Assembly: GCA_040954595.2 (NCBI GenBank)
Contig: CM082594.2
Span: 4,821,319-4,885,318 of the forward strand
Origin: Balanoglossus misakiensis
Lineage: Eukaryota > Animalia > Hemichordata
Reading direction: 5' to 3'
DNA: 64,000 nucleotides
Below, piece after piece: positions 24,299-38,553 of this stretch (position 1 is its first letter; each line of letters opens with the position of its first letter). A program made the position numbers and the translations under genes. The notes under the pieces were generated by a model. It was not told the origin of the DNA. It searched no databases and saw only the letters and a list, made by a program, of their open reading frames with translations.

Positions 24299-27200
24299 CA
24301 GACTGTCTCCTATACAATACATCCAACCATCCATCCAACAAACCAACCAACCAACCATTTACCCATCCATCCAGACACTCCCCAATCACTCAACTAACCA
24401 GCCAGCCACAAATCAGTCAGACAAGTGTCAATCATCTATTGCTGCACTCCCTCCCTCCCAACCCGTCAATTCATCCGTGTGATTAATAACCATTTTTTTT
24501 CGTCTGAAACCAAACTCGCCGCGATGCGTGTCACGTTCTCTCACCAACAAAACCGCGCCACCTCAGTTCTCCTCAGTCAGACCTTCTCCGCGACCATCAT
24601 CCACCCGACGCCTCATATCGATAGTGCCCGGTGTTGGCCTAAGAAAAAACACATCAGGTGCACTGAGATTTTACAAGGCGATTGATTTGGCTGCTCAATG
24701 GCAAATATTTTTTCATCTCTCAAAAGGCGTTAGACACATCGGGTACACACAATTTCTCAGAGTACCTGGCCGATCTTACCCGCGATTAGATCGACATAAA
24801 TAATGAAAGACGCGGGTAATGTCGGAAATTTGCTTACAGTTTATTGGCGCTGTCGAACATTCAATAATACGTCTTAATAATCGGAAGTAAGTAGTTGCCA
24901 TGGAAACAATCTTAATCTTCTGATAATGGATGATAAATGAGGCAGTACTGTTCAGGTAACTGGGTCACAGTGTTCGAAATTTCCAGGAAAAAAGTTTTAC
25001 AAACATGATATGCATTAAGAGAAAAACATCGGGTATCAGAGTGTCTCGCGGAGGGGTCCATTAGTCAATCTAGTTTCTCCGATGGAAATAAATTTCGCTT
25101 AGATTTATGGAAAACTTTTCTCAGAATAGTGTCATTAACATGGCCTTTTGGCGAACGGCATGCAGTGTAGTCGTTTTGTGTGGGTGACGGTTCTTTTCAG
25201 TGTATTGGGGTGAAATTATGGTGACCGTTGTCTGTGTACAGCAGTGAGCAACACCACGAGGTATATTTTGACTCTTCTGATCAGACGAGATTCTTTAAAT
25301 GTTTCGGGGTTGTGCTTGATATTTGCATAGGACTTGTCGCCTGAGCAAAAATGGTGCGATCTCACTTATAATGATGATTTGGTTCGACAACCGGACCTTT
25401 CTTTTAAATATATATTTCGGCCATCTTCTCCGTGTGCTCGCACAGTCATACCGAGAAAATTTTGAGCACTGGTGCGTGCGTTTTGTTAAACACACAATAG
25501 TACAATGGTAAAGACGCGAACGACTGAATATGTGACATAAATTTTCTGGAGTGTGCCCCAATAGCGACAAAAAAAACTGGGCCGAAGAGTTGTCATGCGG
25601 AACGTAAATAGACCAGTCGCAGCGATCTTTCTTTTACGGCCTTGCGGAGCTATCCATTGAGGAGAACGTGGGTTTTGCACAGTCGGGGAAGCGGGGGTAA
25701 TAAATCGCGCGCACTTAGAACGCCGTCGGCTAGGAAAGGCAAGGGAGCGATCGCGGAGAATGGGATGGCGGGCCCGGGCAAGCGAGACCGTGTGAGCTGG
25801 TGGTGTTCGCGTGGGCCACGATCAGTAAGGGGGGTTTACTGAACCATGAATAAGCTGTGAGAGGGGCCTTTTTCTTGTCTACTCTTGCACGACTACTTAC
25901 GGACCTTGGAACTGTCCAGACATTATGAGGTTTTTTTTCTCTCTGCGTGCCCCCTTCAGATACCTCGGGCAGAAAAAGAGTAATGAAGAGAAACGACTTG
26001 GAATATATTGACTTGTATGCAGAGTAAATTAAAGTATATAGGGTGGAGCCATTCCCGGCAGGCATAGCGTTTTGCTCCGTAAATCACTCTCTCCAGAATG
26101 TCCCCTAGGTTACATAGTTACCATAGCAACGCTACGACTACTTTGATGAGAATTTTTTCATAGGAAATTAAGATAACCAGTCTCACTTTCATAACCAAAC
26201 ATAGATTTTTAATTAATTTTTAATACTGATATTAATGCCGTATCGGTGAATGAATTTCCTTTTGGCTTGTTTTGTTCTACCCCACGTAAGTTTTTAATTT
26301 TCCATAGTGTTTCCTTATTGACTGAATTTGCCCGCTGGTTACGCGTCTATCTGACGTTTAATGATTGAGAGTCGCTGTTCTGGTCAACCCCGTCATATAG
26401 AGCGCGCGGCGGTATAATTCATCGCCGGGCGGCCGTCTCTCATCGAACTGGCGGCCGGGGAGCCCCCCGGTTTATCCAAGCGATGCGCAATATTCACTGT
26501 AACGAGATGCATGCAGCTGCCCGGTTCCGACACACAGGCACGCGCCGTGCGGGGCTCCGACCGGATAAATGACATGTAATTAAACGATTATCAAATCTAC
26601 ATTTAAGGTATTTTCAATGCACTTCTAATACAGCGGCACATGCCATGGCGGCGGGTGAGATCGTGCTCAACAACGGGGATCCCAACACGCGTTACAGACT
26701 ATAAACTTCTCACTCGATTTCACAAAAGCCAAACGGAGCATAGGCGACGTGATCAAAACTGCATTTTCATCGCCGCGGGGTAGAAGTCACAAAAAATAGC
26801 ATGTGACTTGGATTAATGTTTGCTCATTCAAAACCCACTTTGTTCCAATTTTTCGGCGTAACAAATCGCCTTTAACGGATTTTTATGAGGCTCGCATGTA
26901 AAGTTCGGCGCACCTAGCTCATATTTGCCAACTTAAGTGGTTAGTTGCACCTGGATGACCCTTGACCCCTATTTTCTTTAGGGTAGATTAAATTGTTAAG
27001 AAGTAGAGTTTCCTCATGAAAAGCTTTTGGGTTGAAGCGATTTCACTAAGACCTCTTCAGTCATAAGAAGCGGACAGTACCATTAATGAGAGGGGAAGCG
27101 AAATGGCTGGAGGTTAGGAACACCGTTAACGTGTTGGATGAAGTTGATATTTGCTTCCCTCCATAAACATACAAACGCAATTTTCTCATTTTAGGCGCTT

Positions 27201-29949
27201 GGCAGCTTTAAGGTGTTCACGTTATTAAATATTAAAGAAATTCTTATCGCCGATGATTTGGTTTTTAATGTTCGGGTACATCATGTTTTTTTTTCTTCTG
27301 GAAGCAGAAGTACGATTGATGAGTCCTCCCTTCAGTGGCTTGCACCTCGTGTAATATGTCAAAATATTGATTTTTATCGAGTAATTAAAGACGGCCAGGG
27401 GTAAAAAGCACAAGAAGGGAATCAGGGACGCGATCTCATTTTGATACGGGGATATTAACCTGGTTTGAAAGTACGCAATCTAATTAACAGAGCTGGCGCT
27501 GCAGAATCAGAGGAAAGTTTTCCAAGCTCTTGTGCGGCAAAGTTTGCTACTAGAAGACAGGTTTCTCAACTGCCGTCGGGGTCCGGGGGTACTGAGATTC
27601 GCGCTCGTGCATTCGGCAGACCAATTATGTATGCACCCGGTCGGCCCCACCCCTCTGCCTCGCGTGAAAATACCAGACCCTGACAACGACGGTAGCGAGC
27701 CGGTGTCGCTCATACCTGTCAGACTAATTAATTAATTTCCACTACTTGTTACTCTGCTTGTGCGCGCCAACACACAGATCTTGGGCAAGAGTTCAAAAAA
27801 AAACTTCTCAGCAAACATTCACTGAGCGAGATAAGAGCGCGGACGTTGACACATGTCAGATGTCAAAAAACGCATTCACACGTGTGTGACACCTGCAGAC
27901 CCAACACCAATTAACGGGACGTTGAGAACTTTGTAATCTCCGTGACACACATTCAGCGGACACTTCCACACTGCCCCCGAAATCGTCCAGATGTCAAAAT
28001 AAAAAAACCTGCGGCCGCTGTTTGACGGCATAAAAACCTCTTAAAACACGAGAGAGAGAGAAAAGGCCGCTTATACGCGAGCTGCGGTCTGTGAATGAAG
28101 TGCGTTCCAAGGAAACGCAAGACACCTCGCGTTGCGTAGCAACAATCACGTTCAAGTTCAAACAGGTGTGTTGCACACCTGTGATTACAACCGAGCCTGT
28201 CAACGGAAAGAAAAGAATAAAACAAACTTCTGTTTCGTTCATCGGGGTGGGAAATCTCACTCGGAGCTAAATCTAGATTTGTTTTGAGATTGTCACCACT
28301 TCACCTGGCTTTGTCGTCACTTCAAGACCAACGACCTCCAGAAAATCATTGCATCCACCTAACAGATGTGAGGAAACTCGCATGTAAATACAGAGGCGTT
28401 TTACACGGTGTGAAATATTCACAGTCTCTTTCAGCATTTTGGCAAAGTATGCAGCGAAATTGACGGGGGCGCGTGAAAGGGGGAGGGGAGTGGTTCAAGG
28501 ACACGTCGACCTTGTCAGTCGTTTTTGTGTAATTGCCAAATGGTTTGTTTCCATTTTGTCGACGAATTTGGGGCGGAGACCAGCCACTGCTGTAATACTT
28601 GGGAACGCATCGCGCTGACGATTGTTGTGTTTTCGCGGGCAATTTTGTTGTGTCTTATGTTTTGACTGGCAGTGATGTTTTACAGGCTTATGCGTGATGA
28701 TGAAGTTCGCACAGTTCTGCAACTGTTTCTCTCGGTACAGCCAAGTCTAAAAATAAGCTGCCAAGTATAGCTTTGCCGCCAATACCGTCCCAAGTCCAAC
28801 ATGCGATAAAAAGTGGTGCACATCTTACCCAAGGAATGCGTGCCCAATACATATAGTCCTAATACATTTAGTGTGCCCATCGCATTTCCTTTCGTTTTGA
28901 TCCAACCATCTGTCGTGATGGTCATTTGGATGGCGATAAAACGGCACCACTGTATAGGCGACGGTGCGTGCACGCTAAATTGGGAGCTTGTACCAGAACA
29001 GGCGACCAGCAAAACTCGATATCGCTGACGAAACCGGATTGTCGCGGGCAGATATTTATAATTTGCACGTGGCGTTTTGCCAGGGTGCTGGATTGTCTTT
29101 CTGGGCGCTACACGCGAAATTTATTTACCCAGAGTCAGGTGTCGCGATTTAATCTAATTTCAGCTACTGTTACGAAGAATCGGTATCGTCCAGGTGTGAG
29201 TGAAGCGTATTTGTATTTATAGAGCTTATGCGTGTTATCATGATGTAGCCCTGAGAAACGAACCAAAAGGCCCCAAATTAAGATTCAAAGTTTCGAGCTC
29301 ACCCATCTGCAGCACCCGTGTACCCTTTAGTACACAATAAGCACCCCATGAAATATACAAGAACGAATCACTTGGATAAGTTCAGCTTTAACGCAGATTT
29401 CCTCGTCAAAATTTACGTTTTCAAGATAGATGGATAGATATGCATGTATATATTTTGGTCCGCACTCAAAATTAAAATATAATCAAATGGTTTTCTCGTA
29501 ACACAGAGAAGTTGACCAAACCATCAACAGTGTCAGATTTGAGTTTTAAGTTAATGACGTGATCTATATCTGCAGGCGACAAGTTTCTTTTTCCTTCAAG
29601 TACGCTTAATGTTTCGTCAATGGTTTGCTGTAACCATGGTGACGCTTGAGTTCAATGGGATGCCAGAATTGAGTTTTGGGTAACAAGTATGGCAGTTTTT
29701 TCTTCGCCAATTTTTTTTTTCTTCGCGGACGAGATGAAGTCCTTCAAATGTTGTTCAGCTGTCGTGCGTCAAATCAACTTGGACGGCTAAATTCCATACG
29801 TATCTTTGATATTTAAAGAGATGCTCAGAGACAGAGTATTATGTCATGTAATGATAACAAACAAACAGTGAACCCTTGTGCGATTACTATGCAAACCCCA
29901 CTACACCGGTACTGATATACGAAGTATTCGACCAAGAGTCATTGACCGC

Positions 29950-29978
29950 CGTCGTCATAGTGATCATCATCATCATCG

Positions 29979-30061
<83 letters not shown>

Positions 30062-30319
30062 GTCGTCGTCGTCGTCGTCGTCGTCATCATCATCATTATG
30101 TATGTATGTATGTATGTATGTATGTATGTATGTATGTATGTATGTATGTATGTATGTATGTATGTATGTATGTATGTATGTATGTATGTATGTATGTATG
30201 TATGTATGTATGTATGTATGTATGTATGTATGTATGTATGTATGTATGTATGTATGTATGTATGTATGTATGTATGTATGTATGTATGTATGTATGTATG
30301 TATGTATGTATGTATGTAT
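29950..30319. repeat. Compound microsatellite (CAT)n-(CGT)n-(CAT)n-(TATG)n
   Basis: Directly visible; source of the poly-H/I/M and MYVC ORFs. Confidence 0.99.
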
Positions 30320-33300
30320 TTATCTATGCCCTCTCTCTCTGTTTCTCATCAGCATTCAACAGATACTATACGCGCTATGAATACTTAAGACCGCACCATC
30401 TGCCCTCAAAATGATATTTCCGAATATCAATCAACCCCAGAATTCATTTCCTTTTATTAAAATCAACCCAACAATGACTTCCTGTGGATTAGATTTAGTC
30501 TTCGCATAATTGTGGAAATGAGCGCATAGACAAGAGCGCACTGTTGAAACATAAAAGGCAATTCAGTGTTAGTTTAACAGACGTAAAGTAGCGCGTTTAT
30601 CGGTGTTTGAGATCGTCAAAAACCGTGATAAATTTATCGCTCGGCGCGAGAACTGTAAATCGCAAATGGCGATCAAACCAGGGCAGCGAGCGCGCGGGAT
30701 CGACGAGATATTTAGGAGACGGGGTGGTCGCGATTTCATATCACAACGCTGAAAAAAAGACCCCTTAAGGCATCCTTCAATATGAGGGACTCTTGACCGA
30801 GATATAAGGTCAGATGGACCCACGCGAAGTCAGCCCAGAAGTGTAGGAGGATGCTATAACGGTTGCAAGCCCCTTATATCAGGTACAGTTAAATATTAAT
30901 AGACCGTCCGTCTGTTGAACGCCTTTTCAATGGCATCATATGCAGCTGCCCTGGATAAGTTGGCAGAATGACAAACACACATTTTTTTTCTATTTTTGCG
31001 TGGGGCGGTACTTAGTCAAGTTTTTCATGAAATTGAGCAATACGTCACAGTTTTCATAATATATACAACGTGACACAATATTCTCGTTATGTATACCTTT
31101 GTGCGTCGCGTGTAGTATATAACGAAAGTTGATCTACGTTATAATTAGACAATTTTAACATTCGAATCAGTGGCTTCTAGCCTAAACTAAAATATACGAT
31201 TTGCAGTGCTAGGAACGTACGCGCGTGACAAACAGACTAATTCTTCTTCTCGCGAAACCTTTCACGTCCAAATCCAATCAATCGAGATTTTGCGGATAAA
31301 ATGTCCCATAATATCTTCTGCGGGGAAAAAACACAGAAGACCCGACTGGGAATCAATTAGTTGCAATTCAATCGTCGATTCTTTTATTATAAATTGGAGG
31401 GCTATCGCCACATAGCCGTATCATTGAAGTGGTTATTGCGCTCATTTAGAAATCCGCGGCTATCAATCCCCAGCCTCGTTTTCAAGAGGTGCGTTAGAGT
31501 TGTGACGTGACTTTTGAAAATCCCCCAGAATTCTCTATTCAGTTGATGGTTGGTTGCGCCGCGGAGGATGATATATTGACAGCGTCGTCAGCAGCTGCCA
31601 CCACCGTGCCTCGAGAACATAGTTTCCCCTCTCGTCCCGAAAACCGTTAACTATATAACGGCGTCATTGTCATCCTCCACGACAACCAGAAATAAAATGG
31701 AGACATCCGAAGATTCGGATCAGCCTCCGTAAAGATTGCACACGAACACCGATTCAAGTTTAGTCTGAAACCAAAAAATCACGTTTAACGTTCAAGTACG
31801 GTAGCATTGGCGAAGTAATGCGAAAACCGGGCATTCATAGCACGCGTGGTGTACAGTACAGCTAGTCTACAGGAAGCTGGGCTTTTGTTTCAGGCTTCCT
31901 CTGCATTGTCGAGGCCGCATTGTTCACAAAGGTAGCCCCCGGGGTCCCAGGTTTCCCGTTGGTTGCCATGGTAGTCGGCTGATTAGAGTTGGGAGGTTTT
32001 GAGTCGCGCCATCTGCTCGCGTTGCAACCCGAACTCCGTCGCGGTATTGTAACTACATGTACATCCTCAGCACCCGACGGAAGCCGGTCCGGGGAAGTAT
32101 AGGGGAGGAGGGGGGGGGGGTTGTGAGAAGGTGAGCTAAACAAAAGTGTATTGACTCCCGGAGCTTGTTCGTCTCAAGTGACTTGGAACACGGTGCGAAC
32201 TTTCTGAATAAAAATAAGATGTACTGATTAGATATGCATCGGTGACGTAATGGTGACAGTTACCGCGCTATTGCACGGCGCGGCTTTCAGTATAGCCGTT
32301 TTCTTCCCCCACGGGCGAACTCCAAGTCGTGCGATCGAACACCCCTTTTCAAACAGGCGGAAGACCCGGCATTGTGCTGCTGCCCAAGTTGTAAATAGGT
32401 CAACGAAGACAGAAATCATTCCGCTTCTTCTAAAGGAAACAAACGATTGTGTTTGGAGGAATACTTCAAGTTTCTTCTCAGCGCAATGCTTGGGCACCCA
32501 TTCGATTCAGAGAAAGAATCAACATTATACTGCCGGTCAGTGAGTTATCTCTCAGAAGTAATCGGGAAGTTGTTCAGCAACATTTGAAAACTTTTTCTAA
32601 AAAGTCACCCCCAATTTATTTTATCTTTCTCTTCGAACTGATCGGCCATTTATACTAGCAGCGCGGCAAAAGCAACCCGATCTATTTACTTAAACCCATG
32701 AACATTGCTCGAAGATGTTTGTTCCCCAAAATTATGAATTCGTTGATTAAAAACCGACATGTCGAAATTGAACAAAGGGAAGCAGTCAAAAGGATCCAAT
32801 TTCCTTGATTATTATGGTATATTTCATTCCATTCCATTAGGAAAATTGCTTAGCCGGGAAAGTACGGAAACCGGTGAAGCGCGAAATTAAGCTTGCTGGG
32901 GGGAGCCGGTGACGTAATGCGGGACGGATGGGTAAGACTGGTAGCCGGGACCGCCGATGTACGCTGGCTTTACGTTTAATTACTAATTAGATAGAACCCC
33001 GAGAGAGGGGTCCTGATATTGACCATCTGTCTATTGCACCAGACGATGCAGTTTTAGCTTACACCGAGCTCACCCTAAACGCACTCTATAAGTTGATGCC
33101 GTGTTACATGGAAGAAAAAAAAAACTCTTACTGAGTCCGTCTGTTCTAAGGCTGTATGCTTTTACTGTGAGGTAAACTTTTGACGCGCGTTTAAATTGAT
33201 CGCTCTACTTTTCCATGCGTTCCACGTTTTATACTGTGCTTGTCGTCAGGTTTATTTCATGTGTTCCACTTACGATGTTGTCGGTTTTATTTTATTTATT

Positions 33301-36282
33301 TCCAGTGCCTTTTCACCCAAACAATCTGTTTATTGCCTTCTATTAGTACGTCATACCGCGTCTACGTCACGGGCGGTGCTCTGGGGCCGCGCTGAAGAAT
33401 TGCCCTTGTCTAGGTCCATTCGTTGTTTTCTTTACGGCTGTCAACTGAAACGCATTTACTCTTTGGAAAACACTTCTGCCCCCACCTCAAAGAGTTGTTC
33501 TACAAACAACATTTTACGTCATCAATCCATAATGCCCCCTTGGTTTTTGTGGTACTTTGAACCTAACGTGTAAAGGGATCGAGAATCGCAGAAAACACTC
33601 ACTCCCAGATCTGACTCATTTACATAAGAAATAAAAAGGGCGACCACTAAACATGATGTAACCAGGTAGCTATGTTAAGAATGGTTTTTCGGGCGACTTC
33701 TGTAAAAAGCTTTCATATTTAGATAAATTGATAAGACACTATCATCTTTGTCCATTGACACGGGAGTTCACAAAGTTTACGAACCTTTGGTTATTTTTGT
33801 CCACGGCCGCGGGGTTAAGCCTGTCGACTATGTAGTATATTATTCCGAACACGACCGGAGAAAGTGTGAATGAAACCACCGCTTGCCCCAACCCTGTCAT
33901 CTAACTATTTATAAACACCTTGACTTTGTTGTGTGTTATTTTCTTTCCAAAAAGCTATATTTTCAGCCAAATTTACGCGGCCAAACGAGATAAGGAAAGA
34001 CGCAAGCGTCCCTCCTGGCTCGGCCAAGGTGTGTAGTCAAGTCTTGGTCACCGACACGCCGCGTACCGGCGTCATATATTTTTCTCTTAATTTTTGCCCT
34101 GATTTTATTTTTATGTCACATGGAAGTCTGGAGGAGGGTTTAGGCTTTCAATGACTACCCCCGCATAATCATGTGACCTCAAAACTAATATATCGTGCAA
34201 GTTAGGGCACGTCCGGAGTATCCTACAATATTAACGGTCCACTACATATGCAGGCTATGAAATAAAAATACAAATCTGTGGGAGTTTGGTGATCCAACCC
34301 GAAAGGTATATCTTTTATCTGGTGTGTGCTAAACGCCGTGGTGTCCGCGCCACCATCTTGGATTGCCCGTCTGTGTGGGTTTTTTCGAACGCGTTGACAT
34401 TCTCTTGCATCGACGAACGTGCCGCCGGTGTGTGTCGAAATGGCGTACTTCCCGTCCCGGACTGATGAAGTTGGAGACCACGTCACTCTCGTGTGGCCCA
34501 GGTGACCAAGTTTCGCTTTGTCTGCTGGACATTATTTTTTTGCAACCGTCCAAGTTATACAAATATGGCCGATTTGCCGAGTCGTGTGTGGTTGTCACCA
34601 TAAGACACACATACTTTACACTCCTGAACAATACGTGGGATAAAATACTAACCGCACAACAACAACCTGACCGCCATGAAATAATTGCGATTTCAAATAA
34701 CCGGCCGTTTTAAGCGCGCCTAGAAATGGGAAACATTGGCGGGGGACTAGGAATTCGAAGCTTTTAGCAAACCAAGTGCGTGTTTATATACGCGCTATCG
34801 GTAAGTATACGTAGGTCTTGTTGTCAGCCCGTCTTAGTGGGTTAATTCACAGAATACGCAAGGGTTCACCGGTAAATCCCACTTCCAATAACCCACGTGA
34901 AAGAAATTACAGCTCCACGTTTCAAATACAAATATTTGAAATTGGTTATTACAATAAACGCCAATTTACGGTTAATAAACATTTCGTGCGCCCAAAACAA
35001 CTTTGAAAGAATGACCCCCCTTGCCCAGTTCGGTCATAGTTGAAAAGAAAACAGCATGTTTGTTCCGTGTTGTAATTTTCAATCGTGGTGGCGAGTTCCC
35101 ACTACCTGCTCAGCAAATGTAAAAAAAATCCCCCGCGTCAGAAAAGACGGCACTGCGTGAACAAATATGGCGCATTTGTGGGCCGACGGTTTGTGAAAAA
35201 AAAATGCGCCATTGTATTTTTTTTTGGAGCGGACTGGACCGTGAGTTTGGGCATTTCAGCCTCATACGATTACACAGGACAGTGAAGAGCGGGTCTCCTT
35301 GAAGAGATCATGGCACTTTACAATGAAGTATTTACCGTTCAGTTATAATAAGATGAGATTCTAGCCTAAATTACCCGTTAATCAAATTAGATAAAGTAAT
35401 CTATGGTTATCTATTTAATTATGCTAATTACCAGTGTTTGCAGTTTATCAATTAGTGTGTTCACTGCGACAGGCTCCGGTAATCCCGAGCAATTAGTCTC
35501 TGGTCTATCTCTCCCCTTCGCTACCCGGCCAAGTCACATGATTTCTTCCGGCGGCACACCTGGCCGGTTACCAAGCGCTTTGAATAAAATCAACCCAGGT
35601 CGCCCTAGCTGACTACAACTTCCAAAAATCCGCCATGCGTAGAACAAGCCACCGTTATCACCGGTTCTGTGTGTGTTTGGATAAAAAAAACTGACCCGCG
35701 CCGCGCGAGCTTTTAGGCAAAGTTCGTCAAGGTGGGGACGACCATGAGTTTTAATGTAGAATCCAGAGCTACCTACCTGCCTGCCTTTAATATTTTGAGA
35801 GGTGTCAAACAAAATCGTAAAGTCCTGGCCATTACAGCTTGTGCTCTGTTTGTATTGTGGTGTCATTTTGTCGGTGTTTGACCTAAATTCAAACCAAATG
35901 GCAGCGCTCGGGGGCTGGAACGGGATTTTGCACATTGAATGACAGAGCTGTCAGCTAAGAAACAATGCGTGGCCGAAATTTAGGCTCAATTCGGGCGTAA
36001 ACGAATTGCCTAATAGAAGGCTGTGGCAGTGCCGATAGACAACGATAGCTGAAACCCAGTCTCGGTAGTCAAACGAACACTATTCGGGCGGCTGCAACTT
36101 GAGCCGTTACTTTGTTAACCTCTGAATCGGGGGGTCAGGCAAATTGCATGCAACTGCATTTCGAGGGCAGGGAGGTGAAAACGGACGGGGAATGGTAGGT
36201 GTCTCCGAAGACATATCTGTGATGGGTGCACAAACAATCAACTGCGAGGCAAAACAAAAGACCTGGTTGAACTGTCGACTTC

Positions 36283-36288
36283 TTTATT
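36283..36288 (-). terminator. Candidate poly(A) signal of the SOST/SOSTDC1-like gene (would give a ~2.3-kb AT-rich 3' UTR)
   Basis: AATAAA on the minus strand followed by a U/GU-rich tract (GTCTTTTGTTTTG), at the point where the AT-rich stretch below the stop codon ends. An alternative AATAAA lies at 37656-37661. Confidence 0.5.
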
Positions 36289-38553
36289 TTCCAGTGCTAA
36301 AAGTGGCATAGAAAATAATGCTGTGTTGAAGGAATGCAAAGACATGGAGGATGTTACCATTTTTTGAATTGTCTGAAGCCTGACCACTTCGTTACTCTAA
36401 TTCAGCAATAAATTACTAACACAACGACTAGAACCTTTACATTACAAAATAAAAAAAAATACTGGTCACTTTGTATGGTTGGTAAAAAAAAGGCGGGAAT
36501 GCCTACTGACTACGGTTAGGTTAAGTCTTGGACAACGAGGCGCCAGCTGTCAATCACGATTTAAAATCCTCCAATAAAATCAGAACAGAAGAGAAATAAC
36601 GTGCCAGTTTGATAACATCGCTAAGAGATACACATTCAAGAACACTAAGCCCAGATATTGACAGAGCCTTCAATTCTTACAACTTTGTGATCGTTTCCGT
36701 TAGTTTTTTACACAGCGCTCTACTCCGCCAGTCAAGCAACTGATTTGTTACAAAGTCCTACGAGACTTAGTCAAGCCATTATTCAAGTTTGCGGCAATCT
36801 CTGGCGCTAATAAGTCTGGTGAAAATTGCGAAATAATAAAATTAAAAAAAAAACAAGCCCATTGTTAAGAAGAGAACTATCTATATCGGCACGTTTCAAC
36901 TGAAATGACGTCATACATTTCTACTACGCAGTCGCAGAGAGTTAAATTAATTTCTATAGTCGATCACAAAATTAAACAGAAGGACTCGAAACACTACAAA
37001 AAAGCAAGAAGTTATTGTAAATGATAAATATCGCCTTGAAAGACCCACAAATGTGTGTCTTTACTAGCTAAATCTTTTTGACATGTATATACAACATATA
37101 TACAGAGAACAAAACAAAACCATCTTTCTGTGAGTGATTAAACAATCTGGTCAACCATAAAGTTGGGGGTTGGTTGTTACGAAGAAAAGTGTAACATATA
37201 TTAAATTTTGAGATAACTTTACACTGTCTCAAAGTGACGGTATAATGATTATATTATTGGCTAAAATGGCACCTATACGCTGTAACGTCTTGCACTGAAG
37301 TAGTTAGATTACAAACTTGTTACCTATTAAGATTAGAGTATATTTTTACTTCTATTTGGAACTTTCGACTCCTACACTTTGAAGAGGTTCCAAAATCTTG
37401 CCGGCCAAGAAGCAGGTCTTCGTCCGAACATACATGTGGCCACTGTCTGTCTGTACAGTGAGCCTTTTGTTATCATAACAGAAATTATATAAGAAAGTCC
37501 ACTCGACTTTTTTTCTCTGTGTTATTTCGGTTCTGCAATGGGAGCTGTTTTAGTCAAGTTCACCTCAGCACAGCTGACAGATTTCAAAAACTCTCAAAAT
37601 GTCTGAGGGGGTTTCTAGTCCATTTACTTGCACTTGTCACTGTATTATGTCAGTTTTTATTTTAGGGACTTTACTTATGAACATACCATATAAAACAAGC
37701 CACCAAGAATAACAATGTTGATTATGAATATCACTGTCTCTTGGCGCAGTGGCCCCTGGAAAAGCCACTGACATTAAATAATAATGAGAAATATTGTACA
37801 CTATTCTGTTTGGTGGCAATGCAGCCAGCCATTGCTTATCGTTGCCTTAATTTTCTCCGCGTTTGGGTTATGTAAGCTTCTGAAAAAAAAATGCACAAAA
37901 GTTAACCATCCAAGCTGGACCATTCTTATATGGATTATAGCCCGTGCGAGAAGCTATAGGAATAAGAGAATACAAAATTGTATAAAAATTCACTTTTTAT
38001 AATAAAACTTTATACTGGCATGCACATACAGTGACATTACCATGTTCTGGCATAACTTAAAAATATTGATATCACGTGAGAGTGTCTGGGAGCCAGATTA
38101 GACCACGTATGCCTGCTTGTGTCAGGAACTAGTAACAACATTACTAATACTTCAGAAGTCATTATATAACTGGCTTTTTTTCACCACAGTATCAATATTC
38201 AAAAAGTTGCAGTTCAATAAATTTATCATAGTTTAACTATATTTTAAATGAAACTGTCTCTTCCAATTGTCAGTCTTACAGCATGACGTAAGAGAAAAGT
38301 CATGTAACGTCTTAAAGAGCATTCGTGTCCTTTAGCACAAGTCGTTGGATAAAGAAAGTACTCTTCCACGCCTATTATTCCCATCTCCTTGATACTGTTA
38401 ACGTTTTGTCCAGGAGACGACGCACTTTTAATAGACGCGCATTTTTTCAGTGGCTTCGATGTATCCATATTTTTAGAGTCCACAAAATTTATGACCGTCC
38501 ACATGACTAACACGTCTGAATCTGGGGCAATTTTTTTTTTTTTTCACGTTGAT

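Noticed and set aside
23999-24486. MYVC and YIHT repeat ORFs
   Set aside because: Artefacts of the (TATG)n microsatellite.
29876-30414. Poly-His, poly-Ile and poly-Met ORFs of 69-178 aa
   Set aside because: Artefacts of (CAT)n, (CGT)n and (TATG)n; open in several frames at once.
34430-34500. Possible hammerhead ribozyme (GAAA...GTC...CTGATGA)
   Set aside because: Only 5 nt separate the cleavage triplet from CTGATGA, so stem I cannot form, and no stem II is evident.
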